Shown: piece by piece, positions 36,464 through 47,057 of the stretch
How positions within the stretch are numbered: position 1 is the stretch's first letter
Layout of the letters: every line of letters begins with the position of its first letter
NCBI GenBank assembly: GCA_013265495.1
Contig: MU062133.1
Coordinates: 23,119,623 to 23,183,622 of the forward strand
Direction of reading: 5' to 3'
Length of the DNA stretch: 64,000 nt
Origin: Vicugna vicugna
Taxonomy: Eukaryota
Translations under genes and position numbers: made by a program
The notes under the pieces: generated by a model
Told to the model about the DNA's origin: nothing
Databases searched by the model: none
The model's input: only the letters and a program-made list of their open reading frames with translations

Positions 36464-39400
36464 GTAAGAGCCGGGTGAGGAAAAAAGCGGCCGCACCCGG
36501 GACAGGGGCGGGGGGGGGTTTCTTTCCTCCAAACTGCCAACAGGCGCGCCCCCAGCCCTCCCAACAGCCTGCGGCTTCGGCCGGCAGAACCCGCACTCTG
36601 GCGGTGCGGCGGCGCGCTGCTCCGGGTGGGCTGGGAGCTCGGAGAGCGGCCGGAGCGCCCGGGCCCACTGCGCGGGGCTCTGACAGAAGCGCAGGCCGTA
36701 GCGGGGCCAGGAGCCCGGAGAGGGGCCTGGGCAGCGGGCGCGAGAGGGAGTCCGCGAGCGGCTGGGCGCGCACCGCAGCCTCTCCCACGGCGCCTCTGAC
36801 CTTTCACCTACAGGAAAAGCTTCCGTCTCGGCGCCGCCGCCTCTTTCCGCGCCTCAGGGAGTCGCGCGGCGCCGCCACCGGTCCGGGGGGCGCAGCGTGG
36901 GCTCGGGCGCCGGCGGGACAGGGGAACGGCGGGCCTGAATCCCTTTCACCTCGGGGCCTGTAACTAATTCTCGTGCTCACACAGGACCCACGGAACAACG
37001 CCTTCAACTTTCCCAACGAGTGGGGTGGGCGTGCTCTGCCTTTGGACCTGCATCTTTTGAGAAATAAAACGGAACAGCCCTGGGTCCTCACTGTACTGGG
37101 TATCTCCAACCTTCTAGTAGCTCTTTTGTTAAGAAACTGCCTCCAACTCCTGCAGATACCGTAGTTTTATGAATGACAAATGTTACCAAGTTGTAACCTT
37201 CACGAAGTAGGTTGACCTATTTAAAAAAAAAATAGTAATAACTGGGGACAAAAAAAAAAAAAAGACTTGAAATAAAGGCCTGTAGGGTTTTTGTGCCTCC
37301 GAACTTGTAAATAGGCCTTCGACATTTGAGGGTTTTAAACAAAGTTTACTGTGTGGTTGGTTGAATGGTCGGTACATAATGACCGACCATTTAAATCTTG
37401 CTTGTATGTCAGTTTGGTAGATCTAAAGATATACTTCTATTTATTCTTACAAATAAGGGATCACGTGAACTGTAACTAAGTTCATCATTCTTTGTAGGCG
37501 ACATTTCAGTCATTTTTTTAGGAATGGTTTTGAGGGAGACCCAAATCAAAAGTAGCAAACATTACCCAAATATCTACTGTTTGTTTGCTACACAAAGAAT
37601 ATAATTCCTGCCTTTGGGAAATAGAAAAGACGAAAGAAACAGCATATAATAAAAAATTAATAGTGTATCTATTTGCCATTTTTGAGTCATATAGGACCCT
37701 CTGCAATCTCCTAAAATCTTTTGTGAAAGCAATGGCCTGTCTCTAGGAAAATGCACCTTTACATAAAGTCTTGCATACAATATTAGAAGTCCACAGAAGT
37801 CTGTTCTTGAATCCTAGTTAACAACCTTAGTATACCCAGCAAATGCTGTACCCATCTAGAAAGATTGGATTAAAAACAAACAAAAACCCATTAGAACTGA
37901 GTCTTAAAGTTGGAATGGAATTTAAATGAAGGAGGAGGAGCTTGTAATGGTATATTGGGGGAATAAAGAACAGTTTCGTTTGTCCTGAACAGAGGCCCTT
38001 CTGGGACTGATAGGTGGTAAAATGAGAAGATGAGGAAGTCAGTGTATAAAGGAACACTCCTTTGTGTCTGCAGTGAGTGGTAGGTGTGTTATAGGGGCTG
38101 AGTAAATACTGGAAAAAATAGCAGGAGAAGGCTGAAACTATTTTTTGACCATTAAAGAGACTGGTGGTTCTGAAGCAGGAAAATAAGGATGTGTTTCAGT
38201 TCTGTAAGCGTCTTGAGATCTTGCTATTTGTCAAAGATGCTGATGCAAATGTGCCTTCTAGGGGCTTTTCATATACACAAAGTTGCATATATTAAATGTA
38301 GATCCAGGAAACTCAATTCTGGCAGTATCTGAAGTTACACCCAAAGAATTCTTAACTTGAAGGCCTTGAACTGGCTGCAGGAGGTTTTATGAACAACTTG
38401 AAGTTCATATACCATCATAGCATGAGTAAATATGAACTTGTTTTCTGGTGAGGGAAACCTTAACTTCCATCAGGTTTTCAAACAGATGTTTGACCCCCCC
38501 ACCAGAAAAAAATTTATTATTTTACATCATATTCTCAAGTTTTCTTTGACTGCTTCACAGAAAAAATACGTTATGTATCATTACTCAACACCCACAGAGA
38601 AATTAAATTGAAATAAGTCTTCACAAGACTGTTTTTGCCCTCACTATACCTGGTGCAGTATTTTATATTCTAATTTCCTCTTTTAAAAAAACAATCCTGA
38701 CCTGCTCTATTTACCCATCCATAGGCGGCTCACAACAGGAAGTTTGCAAAACACTGCTTTGGGTGACAACAGACTACAGTTAGTTGATGGAAATGGGACT
38801 GGTGGGGAAAGAATGAGGGCGCAGAGCAGGTGCTGGGGAAAGAAAGTGAACTGCATTTGATGTAGAGAGCACAGACTTAATTTTTGAATCTGAATGGAGG
38901 AAGGATGGCATCGTTGACACTGCTTTTTTTGCCTGTGGGGAAAAAATGTAGAAATGAGATCAAGGTAAATGTGTAAAAAAAAAATCAGAGCCAAAAATGT
39001 AGGACTGTGTCGTCTGTATGTTAATTAGCTCCAGAGTATTAAAGGTAGCATCCTTAGGCTTTTTTGCTTTGCCCCTCAGGTTGGTAAAAATACTTACACT
39101 TCAATGCTTAACTCATGTCTCTTCTGTAAGGTCTTTCAGAACCTCCCTCTCCAGTGTGGTGGTTCTTCTGATTTCTTGCTCATTTATTGAGCACTTTGTT
39201 CATTCAGCTAACTTTCAGGGACTGCCTCTTACCTATAAGAGACTGTTATCCATTGATACAGATATTTTCATTTAAACTGATTTTTACAACAACTTTTTGA
39301 GGTAAATTTTATCGAATCCATTTCATTTATGAGCAAATGGAGCGTCAGGTTAAGTGACTGACATGTAGTCAGACATTTAGTAAATAGTAAAAATGGGATT

Positions 39401-40251
39401 GGAAATTTGATTTATTGACTTGAGGTCTGGGACACTCTACTCCCTATATAAACCTCTCCCTGTAGTTCTTTATTTTTCTCTTTATCATTCCTTCCTAGTT
39501 TGCTTCACAGCATTTAGTACATGGTAATTTTCTGAAATCTGTTTTCTCACTAAAATACAAGCTCCATGAGGCCGAGATCTTTTCTGTCTTATTCACTGTC
39601 AAGTTCCATAGTCTCACAGTGCCTGGTAAGTATGTTTCAGTAAATAGTACCTGAGTTCAGGTGTCAATACTAGGCACTGTTAAACACTAGAGGTTCACTG
39701 AAAAACTACACAGTTCTTTTTCCTTAGAAGTCTTTTATTGGAGATGGTCATCTGTGCAGATAACAGCAGGGTGCTTTAGAAAATAAAGGGACACAAGATA
39801 CAGAAGGCTATAGATGAGAGAATGCTTACTTTTCTGATAACAATATGACATACCCATTCAGAAAGCATAAAGAAGAAAATAAGTGGTCCGTAAATCACCA
39901 CTTAGAAAGTCATAATTAACATTCTTGCGTGTTTTGCATAAAATCAGTTGTAAATGTAATTTTCTTCATATTTGCATTTAGTTTGTCATAAGCATTTTTT
40001 CTTCATCGTTAAACATTTTCTTATACATGATTTTAACAAGAATTTTTTTTGCACAAATCTTTGTCCTTTGTCTTTGCTAAAATGCCTGCTTGACAGTAAG
40101 GCCATCTCTGACTTCTTATTAAAAACTGCACACATGCACCCCTTCCAGCATTTTCTGTCACTAGTCTCTGCTCTGCTTTTCTCCATTCCACTTTTTACCA
40201 TTTGTTGATATTGTATATTTTGTTTGCTGTTTGTTTTACCTCAACAGAACA

Positions 40252-40433
40252 TAAATTTTACAAGGGGAAGTTTTAGGATTCTTTGCTGTATCCTTAACAC
40301 TTAGAAAAATACCAAACCCATAGTGACTTCTCAACAAGTATTTAAATTTTACAAGGGGAAGTTTGTTTTAGTATTCTCTGCTGTATCCCTAACATTTAGA
40401 TAATACCTGACCCATAGCAAGCACTCAAGTATT
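40252..40433 (+). repeat. Old 91-bp tandem duplication of an L2 3' end
   Basis: Both copies start taaattttacaaggggaagttt and end caagtatt. Confidence 0.8.
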
Positions 40434-42059
40434 TGTTGAATGGAAAATATCAAATGAATTATTGGCCCCATGAGAATAAACATTTTTAAGGCTCCTGGTA
40501 CACATTGGCAAATTACTTTTCTTGAAAGATTATAACAGTTTAGACTTACAATAACAATATGTAAAAAATGCTTATTTTTCTTCAGTTTTTGGAGTTAAAT
40601 TTAGTCTTGAAAAACAACAGGTTGACCTAGTGATTCCTTGGTATGCAAGGTAGAGGGAGAAACCATTAGTAAAATCATGGAAGTATGAATCAACATGGTC
40701 AACTCAAGGAATTGCAGGTAGTGCATATGGCTAGAATGTAAGGTTTAACCAATAACACCTCAAACTCTGTAGGTAATGGCAAGGCTTTGAAGGATATTAA
40801 GAGGTAAAATAGTATTAAATATATATGTTAGAGTAGTCTGGCAGCACAACGTTAAAGTAGCAATTGGGTGAATGTTATTGGACTTTGAGGTCAAGAAACT
40901 GGGAGATTAGATTAGTTATAGTTTGAGTTGTCTTCATGGACACTAAAGTCACCTATGTTGATGGCAGGAAAGGGACAACAATCAGTGTCAAAATCTTCAA
41001 TGATATTGGAACAGAAGTTAATAAATGACAACAAAAGTCATTAAAAACTATGATGTAACTGGCTTAAATAAATCTGGAAGAGTTTTTGGTGTGGGAAAAA
41101 ATAAGCCTTGTTCAGAAGACTACAACATTTAAGTGTCCGTGAGACCTGTATACACTACGTTGTTATACATGTCTATACAAAGTACGTAGTTTTGTGCTCA
41201 TTTGCCTGTTTTTTTTTTAAATACCTTATTGTCTTTAAAAATAATGATACCTGTTAAATTTAATTTTCTTAAGAAAGCTGTGTGTATCATTCCCTGTTAC
41301 TGAATTCTCCTTCATGAATCTCCTCATTTTCCCTTAACAGCTGGGAATAAAATCTGGACTGGTATCCCAAAACTAACTTGATTCTTTTCAAACTCTGTCA
41401 GTAGTCCCTGCCCATCAAGAAGATTCTGTATATCAGTACCTCAGGGTAACTAGTTATCCTTAATATCTTTTGTTTCATGAGGAAGTATAGCAGCCTCCAG
41501 TCCTTAAGATGCCAGGCCTCCAGTTTTTAATATTGAGGATCACCAGGCTGCCTTGCCTTTATGCTTTTGAACCAACTTTCAGAAAAAAAGTTTTTGGTAC
41601 ATTTGATGTGTCTGAAAAAAATTCATCAAAATTCATTTTATTTTGTGAATTCTCAAGAAACTTTGGAAGTTATTTAAAACAACATAGCTGTGAAGCTAAA
41701 TTTGTCCTTTACTGAAGAACTCCCAAAGCAAGAAATTAGAAGGACCTTGATCTGGAAGTACTAAAAAAGTAGACCTCCTGGCATAGTACTTTATCAGAAT
41801 GAGGGCTTTTCCCACTTCTTTTAGGGGTTTCTCCAACTGGTAACAAGAAAATTGGAGTTAATGCTGAATTAAAGTTTTGATTGGCTTAGTAGTGTTGAGT
41901 GGACTTCTGATCGAAGAGTTTTGTGTAATCAGTATTGATCAGTAGTGCATCAATTTACAAACTGAAGTGATTGCCTGGCCCACGATTACATCAGTAGCCA
42001 TGTCTATGCTAGTCCCTATCTTTTGGTAAATAGGCCTTCCAAAAACAGACACTGCCTTC

Positions 42060-42430
42060 ATGTTAGCATTCCTTTTGCTCTTCCCTGACCCACCTGCAGT
42101 GATTAATCCAAGAAATGATTGCATAACCTACACTGGGCCAATCAGAATCCATTACCAAGATTTTTAAATTGGAATTAAGAGAAGACTACTTTTCCTTTCC
42201 TGGTGCTTTACTACAAAGGTGAAAATAACAAGCCAAATAGGGAGACGCTTCAGGATAGAGATAAGGTGATGTCTGACAGCATCAGGAACCCTAGCTCCAG
42301 TTTTTCCCAAGGTCCTAGCGGTGTGTGTTATGTCCCCTTAGCCCCCAACTTTTTTTTTTTTCTACTTTTAGGATGGGGTGTTTAAACTAGCAGTAGTTGA
42401 GTTTTTATCACAACTGGAGTGACTAATGCA
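42060..42430 (+). mobile_element. Old MLT1 (J/K/L-like) LTR
   Basis: gggccaatcagaatcc...ggaatt...taaactag..ttgagtttt..tcacaac..gactaatgca. Confidence 0.6.
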
Positions 42431-43936
42431 TTCTCATAAATACCTGCTTTCATTCCAAATATCTATTTCATTCTCACCAATTTCTGTCATTTCCCCCTTG
42501 CTAATATTTTTGTCTATCAAAGTGAATAATACTGTCCTCTGAAAATTTCTGAATTTTAGTAAAGCTTAATAAACTTGGATAGGATTTGAAATTAATTTAG
42601 TCTGCCCTTATTTTTTGTAAATGGTGAAATTTTTTGAAGTGAACAAGATTACATGATATATTTGAATTATTTCATGGATCTATTTACACGTTAATATTAT
42701 TTTCCTGGGTAGTTTAATGAGAAAAATGAGTAGTGATGAAAATAGGATTATATATAGATTTGACTTTGTAACACTGGATCATTGCCTTCCTAGGCTCGAA
42801 TCTTAAGGTAAGTTAATAAGGTGGCTTGACAGACTCTAACATGCTTTACAAGTGGAATATGATAGTTTGAGGTTGCAATGGAAGATACATTTGATTCGAG
42901 AGGGGTCCAAAGGGAAAAGGTTGTTCTTAGTCTTCCTTCTAGTTAAATTTGTTTCCCAGATTCTTCTTGTTTCTGTTTTGCTCAGTACAAATTGAGATAT
43001 ATGATAAATGAAGTGAGTAATCTAAAAACTTGCCGTGAATATTAACCAGTCTGGATTACATGGACCTGTAAAACATATGAGACAAGGGCTCTGGAATACT
43101 GCAGTAGTGATAGAGTTTGTATGGAGAAATAGAAATTTGATGTGTTGGATCATAAAGTAGAATTCGCCAAATACATGTGCATATTTTTCTAAAGAGGGTG
43201 TGTAGCTTTAGTCAGATTCTTGAGGGAGTCTGTAACTCCAAAAAAGGTTAAGAATCCATTGTAGTTTCTCTCTCTTCTCTTCCTAAATGGGGGGGGGGGG
43301 ATCTGAATTTCTCTGAATTCAGTACTCATGGAATAGAATATTCATGCAGTAGTTGAAACAGAATAGTATTCCGTGAATGTTAACATTCAAATAAATTAGC
43401 CTTTTGTTACCTGCAGCATTGCTAGTGTCAAAGTATGCAATTAAACATGCCCTCATACTTTTTGGCTTCTGTGGCAAAAATAATAGTTGATCTTAGTGTA
43501 ATTGTTAGGTTGTAAAGTAGTAGCAAGATTTGAATTTGGCCCTTCCTATTTATATGCTTTTAAGTAATCAAACCATAATAATATATAGAAATAGGTTAAA
43601 TTTTCATTATGAAATAGCTTTTTGGAGTCTTGTGTTCATAACACTTGATGATTTTGGGGTTTCTGGAAAAGATTACTTTTCTTTAAACTATTTTTTGTTA
43701 TTTCTAGGTAATTTTTTACAGTAATGTGTTATTTAAATTAAAAAAAAAAAACTTATTCAGTGAAAAATAAATCTCTGTCTCATCTCTGTTCCCAAACTTC
43801 CAGTTCTTCTCCCTGAAGGTAGTCACTGTAACCAATTTCTTATGTGTTCTCCAGGTAGTTTTTCCTCTCTCTAGATGGCATTTGAAAGCTTTCTTTACAT
43901 AAATCTTTTACATTTCTTATTAGATATATGCCTAAG

Positions 43937-45490
43937 TGTTATGGGCTGAATTGTCTTCACCCAAAATTTATATGTTGAAATCCTGACCCCTGGTACCTCA
44001 CAGTGTGACTATTTGCAGATGAGGCCTTAAAGAGGTAATTGAGTTAAAATGAGGTACCGGCCCAACCTAATTTGACTTTTGTGCTATAAGAAGAGGAAAT
44101 TACAACACAGACACAAAAAGAAGATGTGAAGATATAGAGAAAAGATGTCCACCTCCAAGCCGAGGAGATAGGTCTCTGAAGATATCAACCTAGCTGACAG
44201 CTTGTTTCACACTTCCAGCCTCCAGAATTGTGCGAAAATGCATTTTTGTTGTTAAACTACCTACCATTTGCTACTTTTAATGTCAGCCTTAACAAACCAG
44301 TCATTGGTCCTGGGAAGTGGGGTATGCTGTAACAAATACCTAAAAAATTTGGCACTGGAAAATGGGTGAAGGCTGGAAGAGTTTTGAGATGCTTATAGGA
44401 AAACACATTGCCTTGAAGAGATTGGTGATAAAAATGTGGATGTCAGAGGTGATTCTGGTGAGGATTCAGAGTAAAAGAAGAGAGCTTAGAAAAAGCTGCT
44501 GTCATCTTAAAGATACACTTATGTCATCATGAACAGAATGTTGTTAGAAATATGAACATTAAAGGTACTTCTGATGAGATCTCAGATGGAAATGAGGAAC
44601 ATGTTATTGGAAACTACACAAAAGGCAAAGTTTGTTACAAACTAGCAAAGATTTGGCCCCACTGTATTCTAGTGTTTTGTGGAAAGTTAGAACTAGTAAG
44701 TGATGAACCGGGATATTTATCTGAGTAAATTATTTCTAAGTAAAGTGTTTCAGACATAGCCTAGTTTCGAAGTAAAATGTTGAAGACATAGTTTCTCCTT
44801 GCTACTTAAAAATGTAAGAGGAGAGAGATTAAATTGAAAAGGGAATTATTAAGGAGGCATTGCTTTGGAAAGATCCCCACTGTTTTCCGTATTTGCTGCA
44901 AATAATAAATCCTCCCTTCTCCTGGGAAAAAAAGAAAGAAAGAAAGAATTGTTAAGAAAAATGGAACCAGAACATGAAGATTTTGAAAATACTCAGTCTA
45001 TTATCCATATTGCAAAAAAAGAAAGCTGTTCTGGAGAGACTCCCCAAGGTGTGCCTGGACAACCATTTGCTAAAGAGATTATGGGCATGTGATTTATTAA
45101 TCCAATCAGCCATCTCAACAGAGGCCAGAAAGAGAGATGGGATTATCCAGGAGAGATTTGTAGAGTACTGTCTTGTCTAATGGCTTGGACCCCCGTGAAT
45201 TGCATGGGAGGCAACATGATTTTTGTGAATTTTATGCTGGCAGAAATGCTACGAGCTTGGACTGAAGGGGACACAGATGGGGTGAAATGAATGAAGGCTG
45301 TTGGACTTCTGGGATTCTGCTGGATGGGCCAGTAGAGCTGTTCAGTTTTGAACATATTATCCTTCAAGAAAAGGGAAAAATGACCACCAAAGTTGGGTCA
45401 GAGTTTGGCTGGGCCTCACTGCCACCATGATTCCAGAGCATGCAGACCTGGGGAGCAGCTGTCTCCTTAATTGGTTCCAGAGAGGTTGAG
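43937..45490 (+). mobile_element. MLT1B-like LTR (43937-44303) plus MaLR internal sequence, 3' LTR not visible
   Basis: TGTTATGGGCTGAATTG...aaagaggtaattgagttaaaatgagg...ttccagcctccagaattgtg; internal ttggt..gaagtgggg..gctgtaacaaatacctaaaa. Confidence 0.85.
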
Positions 45491-46069
45491 GCCAGTACTT
45501 TGCAATCTACTTAGAACAACTGAATAATTAAGCTAAATATTATATATTGCTTTTAGTACAAGTAATTGAACCATTTAAGATTTATAAATTATTTGAAAGA
45601 AAAACAATTCAGATAATTTGACAATTAATATTAATTACAGAATATTAGTAGGTTTATGACAGATAGTATATAATATGGTAAAGTCAGAAATAATTTTTGT
45701 ATTCTTGACTACCTGATAGAAAAAGCAAAAGTCAGAGTCAACCCGTTAATCTTACTAGCTCTCAGATCCATTTGAAGACACTTTTACATTAAATTCAAAT
45801 TAACCCTAACATGTAAGAAATTGCCACTGATGACGAACAATCACAAAATTCTAGAGAAATCTTCTGTTCTTCTGAATGAATGCAATTATTTTGTCAGTTT
45901 TTACAGTAGGTTGATTTAAAAGTGTGTTAAATGGCTACAGTGATGTGTTTACAGAGTTGCCCTTATTTAATTAATAAACTACTCCTAATCTATCAGAGTT
46001 CTGTTTAGGCTTCAGTATCTTTGAAAAGTGAAATTGTTTGGCATTGAATATTTTTTTAAATGGACACTT

Positions 46070-46930
46070 TCAAAATTTGTAAAAGCAGAGAGAATAGTTT
46101 CATGAGCTCTAGTATAAATTTTACCAGTCTTCAGTAATTGTCAGCCATGGCCAGTCTTGTTTATTCCTTCTCATCCCCACCTCCACAACTGAATTTTTAA
46201 GAAAAATTTCTTTAATTAGCCTAGGAGGAAAAAAAAATGAAGAACCCACTGTAGCAGGAAGAAGCAGAAGTCTTCTAGGGTTTGGCATTTGATGAGATAG
46301 GTATTCAGTTACTGTGCATTTCCATGACAGAACATATGGCAGACTTGGGAATGCCCAGAAGTAAAGCCAGGTTACTCTTAATTTCCATAACTGTGTTGCT
46401 CTCGGGGCTGTAGTTGTCTGTGTCCCAGACAAATGGGATGCGTGTCTGTTTCCATAAATTTTTATCTCTGTCTTCATTGAAAGAACGGCACTGCCATGTG
46501 GTCTCAGCCAGAGTCTCTTGTCCAAGGTTCCTGGTTTAGTTGACTACATCCTGCTCAAACAGCTTTTGTCATCACAACTTGAGATACTGTGACTGATTTC
46601 TGCCCAAGGAACCTGATGGCAAGCATTGAAGGGGCAACTAGCCAGTTTGCACTGTCAGGATGATTATTTCTGCACTTGATAAGATGATGAGGAAACCTGC
46701 AGGCCCTGATCTGGTGATTTTTATCATAGGGGCATTGTAATAGCTTTTCAGAGTCCAGGGAATCAATGTAAGTTTCTTCCATGTGAAGGAGGTGAAGGAG
46801 CCAAATCCAAGGGCTCAGCTAAGATACTCTCCCCACATTTGCCTTCACCCACACCCACACCCCAGCAGCCACAACTGCATTATTTTGAAGTAAATCCAAA
46901 CAGTCATACTTTCATTTGTAAGTTCTTCAA
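46070..46930 (-). mobile_element. Old L1 3' fragment split by the GTSF1 retrocopy (46070-46195 and 46869-46930)
   Basis: aaaagcagagagaatagt...catggccagtcttgttt resumes as ttattttgaagtaaatcc..catactttcatttgtaa. Confidence 0.65.
46196..46868 (-). pseudogene. GTSF1: Processed GTSF1 (gametocyte-specific factor 1) pseudogene; CDS remnant 46782-46309
   Basis: Intronless. Starts [38 protein letters not shown]; shifted frames give [40 protein letters not shown] and end GNAQ*. Several frameshifts and a TAA at 46538-46536. UTR-like flanks; bounded by ccacaactg(a/c)att repeats. Confidence 0.93.
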
Positions 46931-47003
46931 TAATTATGTTTTATGGGTGCAATTGTGAAAAAGCATCTTTTTATTTTTGGCAGGACATTTTGGCAATTAA
47001 ATC

Positions 47004-47057
47004 ATGGCAACGATAGAAGAAATTGCACATCAAATTATTGAACAGCAGATGGGAGAG
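47004..47057 (+). CDS. NR2C1: NR2C1 exon 2 coding part [18 protein letters not shown] (exon probably starts at 46984)
   Basis: atcATGG Kozak context; donor GAG|gtatgt. Confidence 0.96.

Larger units (their letters stand above)
36040..37030 (+). promoter_or_regulatory. NR2C1: CpG island / TATA-less promoter of NR2C1
   Basis: Abrupt GC- and CpG-rich kilobase in CpG-poor DNA; NRF1-like GCGCAGGCG (36075-36083) and TGCGCAGGC (36235-36243); GC box ccccgcccc (~36386); no + strand ATG across the island. Confidence 0.92.

Noticed and set aside
36499-36518. G-quadruplex-capable tract after the exon 1 donor
   Set aside because: Routine for CpG-island first introns; nothing distinctive.
36281-37164. 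Six overlapping 63-162 aa ORFs on both strands
   Set aside because: Ala/Arg/Gly/Pro-rich products of stop-poor CpG-island sequence; no domain signal.
35615-37468. CACGTG E-boxes flanking the NR2C1 start (35615, 37462) as circadian elements
   Set aside because: CACGTG occurs at several unrelated places in the window (e.g. ~3505, ~10995, ~12735, 49972), so the motif alone is not informative.
46121-46525. 134-aa minus-strand ORF as a separate gene
   Set aside because: It is mostly an out-of-frame reading of the GTSF1 pseudogene (briefly in frame at SLPYVL) running into its 3'UTR and L1 sequence; no ATG start.
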